A DNA stretch of 63,857 bases, filler included, from Craspedostauros australis (taxonomy: Eukaryota): NCBI GenBank assembly GCA_030167865.1. It is 21 parts of 21 records of this genome, joined end to end, with 100 filler letters (N's around TTAATTAATTAA, not from the genome) between each part and the next. Parts side by side here need not be neighbours in the genome. Positions count along the whole stretch, not along the records: positions 35,756 to 39,296 come from JALAGF010001376.1; positions 39,397 to 40,947 come from JALAGF010001377.1; positions 41,048 to 42,432 come from JALAGF010001379.1; positions 42,533 to 44,221 come from JALAGF010001380.1; positions 44,322 to 48,157 come from JALAGF010001381.1; positions 48,258 to 51,801 come from JALAGF010001382.1; 15 more parts are not named here. One strand, 5' to 3'. How positions within the stretch are numbered: position 1 is the stretch's first letter; every line of letters starts with the position of its first letter. The translations under genes were made by a program, and so were the position numbers. This document shows, one piece after another, positions 36,251 to 48,595 of this stretch. A model generated the notes under the pieces. That model saw only the letters and a program-made list of their open reading frames with translations, had not been told where the DNA came from and did not search any database.

Positions 36251-39129
36251 ATGGATCGCGACATGATGAATGAGCACATCATGAATCAGCACATCCCTGA
36301 TATCTACGACGATGCAAACAGAAATGTGAATGATAGCTTTGATGACACCATAGGTCTATTCGGCAATATGAACGCAGACGGCACCACGCAGACAAACGAT
36401 AGCCCGAGCTCACCAATGAATGTGAACATGGAAAAGGCTATGCTACGACTTAACCCGCATGAAGCGCCGGGACTCTCGTCGACTCCGATCGATGCCATCC
36501 TCAATCCATTGCAATTTCCCGCTACATCGCAGCACAAGCTAGGGACGCAACAGCGGCATGACTGGCAGCAGGATGATGGCTTCGGCATACAAGAAAAGGA
36601 GCACACGTTCCATCACAAACCAACTCACCGCAAATCTTGTCAAGCTACGGACCGAACACTGCTCGACCAAGCGACGGCCACCACGAGCAAACACGATGCG
36701 CAGCACCTTGACGGCTCTGAAAATGAAACGATGGTAGCCGATCTGGTCGAAGCGGCCCATTCGATGGCGCCGGACTACACGCAGCTGAAGGAGTCGAAGA
36801 TCGACAAGCTACTGGCTGATGAGATGCACGCCATGTCGATAGTCGAACGCGAGAAAGCCTACGAGGACATCCATGGGGTTTCTCCTATGGCAGAGGAAAC
36901 GGAAGAATTCCTTTCCACCAAGCTTGCAGAAATGGAGCATTGCTTGATGCACGACCGTCACGCAACATCTGAATCCCTGCCATCATCTCAGAAGGGCGCG
37001 AATGGCAGAGCCGCATTCGATCAGGCCTGCTCCAAAAACTACGCGTATGTCAAAAGCATGTACCTGAAATTTCTGCGATGTGAATCGTATCGGCCGCAAC
37101 AGGCAGCCAAGCGCATCGTACGGCATTTTGCCACCAAACTGGAGCTGTGGGGCGAAGAGAAGCTCACCAAGGATATCTCCATGCTCGAAGATATGGATGA
37201 GGAGACGAGAGAGGTGCTGTGTGGCTGTGCTGGCATGCAGCTCCTCCCCCAACGCGACTCGTCGGGCCGCGCCGTCGTCTTCTCGTGGGAGAGGTATCAC
37301 CGACGCTTCTTCCGAACCAAGAAGCCACATATATTCATGGTAAGTGATCCGTGCATTTGTCGTCATGTTGCATCGTTACAAGAAGTATCATGCATCCTAT
37401 CATTTTTAGAATGGTTGCTTGATTGGTTGCTTGATTGCTTGATTGATTGAGGAGCAATTGTCCCTGGCAAAGCGTCTGGATGGACAGCTGGATGCACAAA
37501 TGTCTTGCACTCACCGCTTTTTTGCCATTGGTCCAAACACATTCGTCTTCGGTTTCATTGGTGTTGTGTCTTTGATCGCTGTTCCATATCTCTGGCTTGG
37601 GATCAACCTTGCATGCCATGCGAAATGCCATCCGACTATACTTGCTTCGCCTCGCGGCGCACTCTCCTCGTGCCTTGAATAGGCTCGATTGACTTGGTAC
37701 TTCTCGATGGCACTTACCGAGGACGAAGAAACTCAGAAGAATGGCATTGTGTTCGTTGGCTATGGTATCGATTTCGTGCCATCCCTGGACGCCGACGAAC
37801 GCAATGTTTGGTGGAGTACTTGTGCTGTGGCAAATGTAGTTCCGCTCCGCATCGCAAGCTACCACTACTGCTTCAACCATCCAAATCTAAAACCCTTGAT
37901 ATCGTTGATCACCATGGGGCTCCCAACTGAAGCGCGATGTCGCATGAGGATGCATTATGGTACGTGACGTGCTTGCCTTGTTTGGGGAATTTTGCGGGTG
38001 GATAGGTGCATTGGTACATGTATGCGTGTGGACATGTATGCGTGTGGGCATGTGCGCATCGAGGTGTCTGCGCGGGCAACTTTGCTCGATGTACCGTGGT
38101 TGTAGCGAATACTTGTACTCCTGACAGAGAGCAGGGTCATCCCATGGCAATGATGGCTTCAGCCGTATTGGCAACGGCAATGGCAACGGCAATGGCAACC
38201 ATAGTATCCGCACCAGTCGCGAAGACTGTCGCAAAACCGTTCCGGAGTAGATCTCCAGTATCCACGAGTACCAAAATCTTCGCCATCTCACATGTCTCTC
38301 TGCTTGTTTTTGCCGTTGGCATATTCAAATGAACGCATCGGTGCGTGCGATGTGTGCGATGCATGATGATACGTGCCTGCTGCCGTGCCAATGGCTCGCA
38401 GGCACGCATCAGGAAGTGCACTACATCCTAATGTCATTCGGGTTGCCTGTCCGGTCGTTCCCGGTGACCACGCGTGGTGAATGGAAGAAGGGTGGTTTCT
38501 TCAAATGGATCGCCCGCCGAAAGCTCCGGGATCAAGATCCGGAGAAGTACCGAAACACTGTCGAAGTTCCGTCGCTTTGCGATGTCCTGTTAGGGCGCGG
38601 CAAGCCGTTCCAAGGTCATCCCGGAAACCGCCGGTTGCACGATATCTTGGCTGCTCATTACGATGAATACAACAACGGAGGGCGGAAGGAGAAGACGGAG
38701 CTGGCAGAGAAGATTGTGAAGCTGGTGAAGGCCACCCCTGCGAAGTTTCTGAGGCGTGATGAAGATGAAATGTGGGTGACTGCTTCCGACGAGGCCGCAC
38801 GAGAGAAAGTATCTCACGGGTTTCGACGCAAGCGGGAATTGGAAAAGACCATCCAGGCGCAAACCTATCTATCAGACGGTGATGGTAGCGGTATAAGTGG
38901 CACAGGTGCATCTGTTTCTGGATCCGCCGTGGCAGCGGTCATGAGAAACCGAGTTGGCAGTGGAGGTTGCAGCATCGGTAGCACCACGACAGACATGAGG
39001 AAGGATGGATCCGGGTCTGATGACAGCGACGGCGAGACGACGGTCACGCGAATGGGAGTCGCCTGGCCTCCGAGACGGAAACGCACGAAGATGTGTGACA
39101 CTTCGTCTGCTTGCAAGGGTTGCAAGTGA
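36251..39129 (+). CDS. Diatom-type DUF6824 protein with CRAL-TRIO-like middle region; exons 36251-37339, 37683-37959, 38402-39129
   Basis: Introns GTAAGT 37340 to ATAG 37682 and GTACGT 37960 to GCAG 38401 join three track ORFs in frame. Motifs EREKAYEDIHG, LKFLRCE, RDSSGRAV, EDEETQKNG, MHYGTHQEV.Y.LMSFGLP, DVLLGRGKPFQGHPGN, AREKVSHGFR. Start codon uncertain. Confidence 0.82.
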
Positions 39130-39396
39130 GCACTTGAGGTGGGCGTTACTCCAGAACTTCGGATGTTGTTAAGGCGGCACATCGCGGTATCAATCGTACT
39201 CTGCCAGCAGCACGAGGTGCTCCACTTGAGGCACTCCACACCAGTTGTCAATGTCAACGATCTAATCACTGTAATAGACAACGCTCCTATCAAATTNNNN
39301 NNNNNNNNNNNNNNNNNNNNNNNNNNNNNNNNNNNNNNNNTTAATTAATTAANNNNNNNNNNNNNNNNNNNNNNNNNNNNNNNNNNNNNNNNNNNN

Positions 39397-40947
39397 AGTC
39401 CCCGGACACGGTGGATGTACCATGGTACAGGTGTTTGTAGGATCCAACACGCGCCTCACAGCGGCGTACCCTCTGGCAAGTGAATCCCATGTTCCCCATG
39501 TTGTGCAAGACTTCATTCGGGAGCATGGTGCCATGGACGTGTTGATGTCCGACAATGCCACAGCGCAGATCGGAGGCAAGATGAAGGACATCCTCCGGCA
39601 GTACTGCATTGCAGACCACCAGTCCGAACCGCACCACCAACATCAGAATCCTGTCGAGCGACGCATCCAGGATATCAAGCGCACCACCAATGGCATCATG
39701 GACCGGACTGGCACCCCTGCCAGGTTCTGGCTCATCTGCACCTTGTACGTCGTGGGACTGCTCAACCATCTGTCACAGTCCACGGCCGGTCACATCACAC
39801 CCATCCAAGCCGCCACAGGCCAGCGCCCTGATGTCAGCAAGTACATCAGCTTCCACTGGTGGGAGCCGGTGTACTACAAGGTTGGGAACGTTGCCTTCCC
39901 TGGCACCACGCAAGAACGGCGTGGACGCTGGGCTGGACCATGCGAGCACAAGGGTGACGAACTGACATTCTGGGTACTAGATGACGCAACGCAACGGCTG
40001 TTGCCACGCTCGAGCATCCGACGTGTGTCTGATGACGCGCGAAACCTTCGGGCTGACTACCCCCTGCCTGATTCTGGGGAGGATGGTGACGTGGGTGACG
40101 AAGCTAGCGAAACCGAAAATCCGGAAGACTTCGACAGTGACAGCACACCTAAAGCTAGACAACCCGTTGTGCATGCACTATCTGACCTGGTAGCCACATC
40201 ACATGGAGAATCAGATCCAGGTGTAGTCAAAGTCCCCAAGTTCAGTCCTGATGAGCTGCTNNNNNNNNNNNNNNNNNNNNNNNNNNNNNNNNNNNNNNNN
40301 NNNNNNNNNNNNNNNNNNNNNNNNNNNNNNNNNNNNNNNNNNNNNNNNNNNNNNNNNNNNNNNNNNNNNNNNNNNNNNNNNNNNNNNNNNNNNNNNCTCA
40401 TCGCGTACACGGATTTAGCTGACATCATTGAACAGCAGCACGAACAGGAGATCGGCGACGGGGAGATGTGCGTTTTCAAAGCCATCACCGGTCATGAAGG
40501 TCCATTCCACTCTAGTCACATCAAGTACAACGGCTCCTCCTACAACGTAAAGGTACAATGGGAGGATGGCAGTGTGACCATGGAACCGCTGGATGTGATC
40601 GCCAAAGACGACCCTGTATCCTGTGCAAAGTACGCCGCAGACAACAACCTCCTCGGTCTGCCTGGCTGGAAGCGATTCCGTAAACTAGCAAAGAGAAAGA
40701 AGAAACTCAANCGTCTNATCAATGCTGGTAAACGCAAAACACGTGCACAAGGTCCTATCTTCAAGTTTGGCGTTCAGGTTCCACGGAACGGAAAAGAAGC
40801 ACGCCAACTTGATGAGAAGAACGGCAACTCCAAGTGGGTAGACGCTGAGAGAAAGGAAATGGATCAGCTCCACGAGTATGGCACGTTCAAGGATCTTGGA
40901 AAGAACGCTCGGAAACCAGACGGATACAAGCAGATCAAGCTCCTCTG
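39397..40947 (+). mobile_element. Ty1/copia (CoDi-like) pol fragment: integrase core, chromodomain-like segment, RT N-terminus
   Basis: LMSDNA, SEPHHQHQNPVERRIQDIK, FHWWEPVYY, YNVKVQWEDGSVTMEPL, FKFGVQVPRN..EA..LDEKNGN.KW; integrase-before-RT order is copia. Confidence 0.92.
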
Positions 40948-41156
40948 NNNNNNNNNNNNNNNNNNNNNNNNNNNNNNNNNNNNNNNNNNNNTTAATTAAT
41001 TAANNNNNNNNNNNNNNNNNNNNNNNNNNNNNNNNNNNNNNNNNNNNCAAACACTCCAAGAGCTGCCACCATGACCCATCCCCACCCACCTTTGCCAGCT
41101 CGCCCAGCAGGTCCCAACGTCGGAGCCACGATAGGCAGAATGGCTGTTCACTCTGC

Positions 41157-42432
41157 TAATAATAATAACTCAGTGATTACATCATAGATGTGCCTCAAGG
41201 CTTTACCCTTGCCGCCGCCGGCCCTGTAGGACCAGGCTTTGAGCAAGCCATCAAGTTGCCACTCATCCTATTCCCAGCCATGCTGCCATGGCCTGTCGTT
41301 CTGCCTGCATAGATCGAGCCCTGCGTCTGGCCTTCACTGCCACTTGTACCGCCGTCATAGAGTGCACCCGCTGCTGCATTTGCAGCTCGGTATCATACTC
41401 AATATTCCGGCCATCCCTGAGCAGGTGAAGCTCCAATGCCATCATGTCGCTGCTCGCGCTCTGTTGCATCCATTGCACCTGTCGGCGCAGGTCCTTCATC
41501 GTCGGATGCTGATCCGCGTCATGTACTTTTTTCGTTCCTGGCAATCCAAACCGTCCACGGGACTTTCCAGATCCACCGCACCATCTCTCGCGCCCACGCT
41601 CTCGCGTCTGGATGTATGCACTCGTTCGTCATCATCCACTGCGTCTGCTGGCGGACCTAATCCCTATGGATGAAATCAAGCAGGAGGGGGTACCAACCGA
41701 TGTAACTTTGCGGCCCGTCCACTCGGAGCTTTCGCCTCCATTTCACCAGCCCCACTCTCATATTTCGCACCAGTCGCGGACATGTGCCTATCCGCACCAT
41801 GCGGTCGAGAAGTTCTGACGTAGAGGTCTGCCAGGCTTCCTGGTGTTCGCTACAGCAGAGCACATGCATTGTCGTCTCGTCCTGCTGGCAGACTGCAGCA
41901 GCTCGTGGAGCTCCTTCGCGTCCACATGCGAGTAGTCGGCGTTGCGGAGACATAACCTCCATCTGTTTGTAGACGTGTGCCACCTGTTCACCCGACGTCG
42001 GTTCTCTGTCAGGCTCCCGAACTGCTTGGCGTGGTTGTCAACTACAACATTGAGTTTCTCCAGCGTTGTCAGTTGCTTGCCAGTGTCATCCTGGTGGCCT
42101 TTCACCCACTTCCAGTGCAGTATCGCCAGAATCCTGTGCCGCAGCTCTCNNNNNNNNNNNNNNNNNNNNNNNNNNNNNNNNNNNNNNNNNNNNNNNNNNN
42201 NNNNNNNNNNNNNNNNNNNNNNNNNNNNNNNNNNNNNNNNNNNNNNNNNNNNNGAGGCGTCCAGACCTCGCTTCCTGGCTATCACGGTAAGCGACGCCCA
42301 GATTCCCGCGAGTTCGCTTCTGTAAGCACTTTGCGCTTCGGACGGGCTCGGGACGAACGTCTGGCACGTCATGCTTGCCGTCGTCGCCTCGTCGTACAGA
42401 ATAGAAGCCGCGGTCCCTCTGGAATCTTTGAA
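41157..42432 (-). mobile_element. Degenerate 3' end of an RNase H-containing non-LTR retrotransposon (Ambal-like), frameshifted and deleted
   Basis: QSAYRSELAG and WKWVKGHQDD...LNVVVD..AK (RNase H), CQQDETTMHVLCC (zinc-knuckle remnant), IGWYPLLL, short (TTA)n tail at about 41157-41168. Confidence 0.75.
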
Positions 42433-42532
42433 NNNNNNNNNNNNNNNNNNNNNNNNNNNNNNNNNNNNNNNNNNNNTTAATTAATTAANNNNNNNNNNNN
42501 NNNNNNNNNNNNNNNNNNNNNNNNNNNNNNNN

Positions 42533-44221
42533 CCACTGTGCTTCAAACAAGGGTACATCTACTCGTACTGCGTCGATTGTCCAGCCCAGCCCTTCCTCAT
42601 CGATCTACCGGAAGGAACGGACGTGGTGAAACCCACAACCCACGAAGAACGCGATGAACGCCGCGCAAAGCTCGCAAAGGAGGAGTCCCTCGCACTCGCA
42701 GTGCGATACTCATTGAGCAACGCCATGCCGGCTGACAGTGTGCGTTCCGAGCTTGCCTTGCTGTGCTTCGACACAGTGGAGGAGTACAACTCGAGAGACA
42801 GACGCANNNNNNNNNNNNNNNNNNNNNNNNNNNNNNNNNNNNNNNNNNNNNNNNNNNNNNNNNNNNNNNNNNNNNNNNNNNNNNNNNNNNNNNNNNNNNN
42901 NNNNNTGGAGAAGGAGCAGTTGCCAGCCATCCACCATGGACTCATCGGGAGCCTGGCCTCGCGTGGAGCACTCCAAGTCATGTGGAAATACCACCCAGGC
43001 CACTACGGAGTCCGCAGCCCGAATGCGTTCCCTGAACTCCCCATCTACAGTGAGAGAAACCCGCAACCAGACATGGCAATGGTGATCAGTGACATCGACG
43101 GCGTCGAAGAACACCGCATCACGCTCGCCCCAGACCGCCATGAGGCAAACACTTGGTTGGGCGACTCAGGTGCCTCGTGCCACCTAACCAACAACGACGA
43201 GGGNNNNNNNNNNNNNNNNNNNNNNNNNNNNNNNNNNNNNNNNNNNNNNNNNNNNNNNNNNNNNNNNNNNNNNNNNNNNNNNNNNNNCATGGTGGTAATG
43301 CAGAAAAACGGTACCACCGCCACCATCCTCCTCAAGCACGTGAAGTTCGTGCCCAAATTGTGGGTGAACCTCCTCAGCATCAACAAAGCGCTCGAGAGCG
43401 GGTTCAACATCAGCAACCGCGGAGTTGTGATGAGCCTGGAGAAGCGCGGACAACGCATTACGTTTGACCGGCTTATGGCTACCCACAGTGGGTTCGTGAG
43501 CGGTGTTAACATGNNNNNNNNNNNNNNNNNNNNNNNNNNNNNNNNNNNNNNNNNNNNNNNNNNNNNNNNNNNNNNNNNNNNNNNNNNNNNNNNNNNNNNN
43601 NNNNNNNNNNNNNNNNNNNNNNNNNNNNNNNNNNNNNNNNNNNNNNNNNNNNNNGTCACAGGCAAATTGCATGCATGTGTGGACTGTGCCATTGGCAAAC
43701 AAAGGCAGAAGGCCATGACGAAGAAACTCCAATCACGAGCGAAGGAGGTTGGTGATCGATTGTTCATTGATACATCAAGTGTCCAGACACACAGCTGCGG
43801 ACAAGGAAAATATTGGCTCCTAGTCCTCGATGACTACAGTGACTACTGTTGGAGCTATTTCCTGAAGGAGAAGAGTGAGGTTGGAACAAAAATGATTCTG
43901 TTGCTTAAATGGCTCCATGNNNNNNNNNNNNNNNNNNNNNNNNNNNNNNNNNNNNNNNNNNNNNNNNNNNNNNNNNNNGCGGAGAAGCAACTGCTCGTCG
44001 CAGGGTTCGGTCCAACGTTCGAGTACACTGCAGCATCTACGCCGCAACAGAACGGTCGCGTGGAAAGAAAATTCGCCACGCTGTACGGGAAAGTCCGAGC
44101 CATGCTCAATCACACACACCTGCCGAAAAATGTCCGCGGAAAATTATGGGCCGAGGCGGCCAGAACCGCTACCCAACTGGAGAATATCATCGGGACGAAA
44201 ACGAGAGAACCAGCATGCGTG
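42533..44221 (+). mobile_element. Canonical Ty1/copia pol fragment (protease, pre-integrase, integrase), gapped
   Basis: WLGDSGASCHLTN, VKFVPKLWVNLLS, CVDCAIGKQ, YWLLVLDDYSDYCWSYFLKEKS, TPQQNGRVERKF, LWAEAA.TA. Confidence 0.92.
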
Positions 44222-44321
44222 NNNNNNNNNNNNNNNNNNNNNNNNNNNNNNNNNNNNNNNNNNNNTTAATTAATTAANNNNNNNNNNNNNNNNNNNNNNN
44301 NNNNNNNNNNNNNNNNNNNNN

Positions 44322-44663
44322 AGTAGTACAAGCCAACAAACCAGAAGACAAGGACTTGTTCTGCCAACCAAGACGACAGTGCGCTTTCCGGACCACCGCA
44401 GCAAAGTGTGACGAGAATGAGCAACACCAAAACACCGCCGCAGCGAGGAAATCCCATCTCCACACACGCCACAATGCGGGACTCAGAAATGATCGTTTGC
44501 TCTCGTGAACCAACTCGGCATTCTTGTAGTAGTCGTATGAGTCGAACATCTCGAATCGAGTGCGCTCCATCACGTGTGGCGAACTGGCAACTGGCAGTTT
44601 CTTGTCATTTGTGAACAGACTCCGACACAAAAAACGCGATTTTCTCTTTTTCCGACAACTCCC
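44322..44663. repeat. About 340-bp segment duplicated at 48258-48595
   Basis: Both contigs start at the same base and align with scattered SNPs and one 4-nt indel up to GACAACTCCC. Confidence 0.9.
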
Positions 44664-45176
44664 GGGTGTGTGTGGCAAAGCGCGGGTGGAGTCTTCGGAC
44701 AGCAAGTCGACAATGGTTCATGGAAGCCTTTCTTCTGTTTGTTTGTTTGTGATCCGTTTGCTTTTGTGTGCAAAGCGCAAGAGGGTTCGTGGGATTACTC
44801 GCGCTGTGCGTGGTCGTGTCTCGCTCTCGAATCTTTTGGGAAGCAAAAGACACCACACAAAGATATGGTCCCGTTTTGATTCGTTCGATTGGTTGTCAGT
44901 GATGTCATGGGTCGGTTCAGTCGGAAGACCAGATCGTCACCACACATCAAAGCGTGTGTTTGGGTTTGTCCTGTCGTGTTGCGATGTCTGATGATGTGAT
45001 GTTTGGAAGAGGGGCATGCCGAGAGGCATCAAGTTCATTCCATGCCCCCAACACCCACTGATGTGTTCTGTGGATGTCATACTACTACAAGTAGGTCGGA
45101 CTCGCACCTTCTCTCATCCATCCCAACCTATTATTCTATTGATCCAATCTACTCATTCTGATTTGATCGAACCAAC

Positions 45177-46346
45177 ATGAGAGCGATTCGAGAATCCACG
45201 AGACGGTTCCTGTCGAGGAATGCGGCATTTCTGCGGCAGCAACAGTGGGAATGCAACTACCCGTACTCCAGGTGCTTCTTGCGACATCGCCATCAGCATC
45301 AGATGCAGCATCACATGCAGCAATCTATCCGATGCCTGGCGACCTTGCCGACCCAGCTGCAAACAGGAGCACACCCAGAAGCATATGCATCCTTGCGATC
45401 GCTCGGCATCGATTGCACCCGCCACTTCTCAACGACGGCTCCTCCGGCGCAAGCCAAGGCCGAAACGCAAGCAAAGGACGATGCCAAAAGCGACAAAAAG
45501 AAAAAAACCGACGACAGCAACTGGCTGCTCGACAATCTCGGCAAGATCTTCCTCGCCGTCATCGCCGCCATCATCGCGACGCTCATTCGCAGCTCCTACA
45601 ACACCAGCAACCGCAATGCCTTGCGCGATAAGATCGAACTCATCTCGGCGTTGGATCCCTGCGAGATTGCGGATCTGCGCATCGCCAATTCCGAGCTCAC
45701 CGCGGATGTCTACCGTCAGATCATGACTCACGTCTACAGCGTGCATGGTCCGACCTGCACGTACGAGGAATTCATCGCCACCGCGCGCCGGGCCATGGCC
45801 GGTATCAAGGGCGACACGTTCACCATCCAGCTGGGACATTACTTGGATCGTGTCGTCGTGGCGTTGCTCGATTCATCGCCCCAGCAACCGTCCTCCGCAT
45901 TCGACGACTTCACCGTAGAGTCGTCATTGAGCCGACCCGTCATGCTGTGGATGACCATCCTTGCGCTGACCGTCAACAGCCCAGTTCCGGATCGCATTAA
46001 ATTGCTCTTCGAGCTGCTCGAGCATGATTCCAAAAACATGTCCCAATTGGCCGACATGTCGTCGCCGGAAACGACGCAATTGGCAACGATCGCAAAGGTC
46101 ATCGAACTGGTCGGACACCTGCAGGCATCGAATCAGTTACCGCCCGACACGCAAGTCATCTCAACGGACGTCAAGTATCCCACGCAGCAGTTCAAGCGTG
46201 CCGAGCCCGAGGACCTTGTGCCGTGGGAAGGCAACAAGGCGGATCCCATCGATCTCGATGCCTTCGCCGCCATCCTGCGCAGCAAGTCAGTCTGCGCGTG
46301 GGGTGAATGCTATCAGAAGAAGACCTTCGGTGCGTCGTCCAACTAA
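45177..46346 (+). CDS. Unknown single-pass membrane protein with a mitochondrial-presequence-like N-terminus
   Basis: Complete 389-aa ORF; R/S-rich, acid-poor N-terminus; TM LGKIFLAVIAAIIATLI; family not recognised. Confidence 0.75.
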   Translation: MRAIRESTRRFLSRNAAFLRQQQWECNYPYSRCFLRHRHQHQMQHHMQQSIRCLATLPTQLQTGAHPEAYASLRSLGIDCTRHFSTTAPPAQAKAETQAKDDAKSDKKKKTDDSNWLLDNLGKIFLAVIAAIIATLIRSSYNTSNRNALRDKIELISALDPCEIADLRIANSELTADVYRQIMTHVYSVHGPTCTYEEFIATARRAMAGIKGDTFTIQLGHYLDRVVVALLDSSPQQPSSAFDDFTVESSLSRPVMLWMTILALTVNSPVPDRIKLLFELLEHDSKNMSQLADMSSPETTQLATIAKVIELVGHLQASNQLPPDTQVISTDVKYPTQQFKRAEPEDLVPWEGNKADPIDLDAFAAILRSKSVCAWGECYQKKTFGASSN

Positions 46347-46499
46347 ACAGCGTTAGATTGGCGCATGAGAGCATGGTACGTGGGAGTGCATCCGTATGTA
46401 TCTTGCATTCTTGTGCAAGTGCACAGCTCTTGATCAAAACGTATTATATAAATTAGTCGTAGACTGTCGTATTACTCCCCATGATGTAGGCTCACCCCT

Positions 46500-48157
46500 T
46501 TACCCAAACAGGTTCAGCGTCTTGGCCTCCAGCACTTCCACCTTCTTCAGCGCTCCCCATTCCCTGTATAACCTCGATGACTCTCCGTACCGAGACTTCG
46601 CATCATTGCGACGACCGTAATCCATCAAGCAATCAGCAAGCCGCTCATTCGCCGTTGCCTCGTCATGAATGTACCCGCGTTGCGATGCACTTTGGATGCT
46701 TTGCACGTACAGCACGATTGCGGAGCTGTGCTTGCCACGCAGGAAGTGCTCTTCTGCTTTCAGAATTGTGAGGTAGTGGGGACAGTTGGGATGGCCCTGC
46801 TTGTTCCATACCTTCAGCTGCTTCGCGCACTGTCGGGCCGTCCTGAGGTACTTTCGGCTCTTCGATGTCGTGACGTGTGAGGCTGCAAAGCAGGCCAACG
46901 CTCCACGGAATAAACTGGGTGGCGCGGCGAACGAACCCAGTGATGCCTTGGCCAATGCGAGGGCAGATGCGACGGATAGTTTGGCGCCCATCTCGTATTC
47001 ACCAAAGAAGCAGCAAAGGTCCGCTTTGGCCATGGCGAGCCCGTGCTTCTGGATGTTGGCCATCGCACCGGATTCATCGCATGCCTCTTTGCGTTCGTCG
47101 AAGGCGTCGCCGATGAGGAGGACGGTATGTTTGGATGCACCGCGGAGATTTAGAGTCTTCTGCCATCCTATCGATACGAAATAGCACTGCTGAGTCTGGT
47201 TGAAATCCAACATCACCTTGGCGTACGTCTCATAGTCGGCTTCGACTTGGGATAGCCGAGTTCCGTCGCAAAAAGAGAAGCCGAGGTAGCAAGACATACT
47301 CCAACATGCCGTTTCCAACTCACCATTTGCCGTGCCCATGCGATATGCCTCCATGAACGGCTCTTTGATCTCTTCCATCGGTTGATTCCAGTGTTGAATC
47401 ATCGAGTAGAAATTGAAGATAATCTTAGGCTCGGTGGTGGGGTGATCTAACCTGGCCAGCATTTCGAGGGAGGCTCGTCCCAGATTCTCACGTGCCTTGA
47501 CATCACCCATGGCTGATCCCGTTATGAGACCCAGGAAGATGAAGGCGATCGGGGAATGCTCGGATATGCCGTACTTGAACGTTCGTTGGAAAGTCTTGAC
47601 TGTAATGATGGGTATGAGCTCTGGGTCGGTGAGGTAACAGAGCGTGACAAGCTTACCCAACGTGCTCATTACCGCGTCTTCCTTCTCATGTTCATTCAGC
47701 GGGAGCTTTGCAATGGATTCCGATGTCAACGATTGAGCAGCGCGCTTCACCTTGAGGAGTCCAGAGATGGTCGCGAACGTTCGCTTCATCCCCGGCTTTG
47801 GGATGCTGCAGCCCAGCTGTGACAAGACACTCAAGCAAAGCTGCACTGCGACAGATTTCTCTCCATCCTTCTTGTGCTCGGCTGCTGCGATGTCTGCCAG
47901 TGTATGGTAGGCATCGATCTTCTCCAAGATGTCGCACTTGGATTCGACGATGATGTTGCAGTATCTGCGGGACCTACCGAGATCCCCCGTGACGAAGGCG
48001 CACTCTGCTGCGGAAGAATAGACTTGCAACGTCTCTTCTTGCATCACGTCCCAGTAATTGGGTGGGAGAAGGCCGATAGCACAACGGAAGTATCCGAGGG
48101 CCAACCGAAATGCGGAACAACCGACGGCCTTGGTGCCGGCGTCGAAGTTGAGCATCA
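46500..48157 (-). CDS. C-terminal TPR-like half of a second COG3899-like STAND protein, 5'-partial
   Basis: LNFDAGTKA..SAF..A..YF..AI.LL, TFKYG.S..SP.AF, AY..G...G.LE.A, YIHDEA.ANERLA, LY.EWGA.KKV; paralogous to 1148-4309. Confidence 0.8.
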
Positions 48158-48595
48158 NNNNNNNNNNNNNNNNNNNNNNNNNNNNNNNNNNNNNNNNNNN
48201 NTTAATTAATTAANNNNNNNNNNNNNNNNNNNNNNNNNNNNNNNNNNNNNNNNNNNNAGTAGTACAAGCCAACAAACCAGAAGACAAGGACTTGTTCTGC
48301 CAACCAAGACGACAGTGCGCTTTCCGGACCACCGCAGCAAAGTGTGACGAGAATGAGCAACACCAAAACACGCAGCGAGGAAATCCCATCCCCACACACG
48401 CCACAATGCGGGACTCAGAGATGATCGATTGCTCTCGTGAACCAACTCGGCATTCTTGTCCTAGTCGTATGAGTCGAACATCTCGAATCGATTGCGGTCC
48501 ATCACGTGTGGCGAACTGGCAACTGGCAGTTTCTTGTCATTTGTGAACAGACTCCGACACGAAAAACGTGATTTTCTCTTTTTCCGACAACTCCC

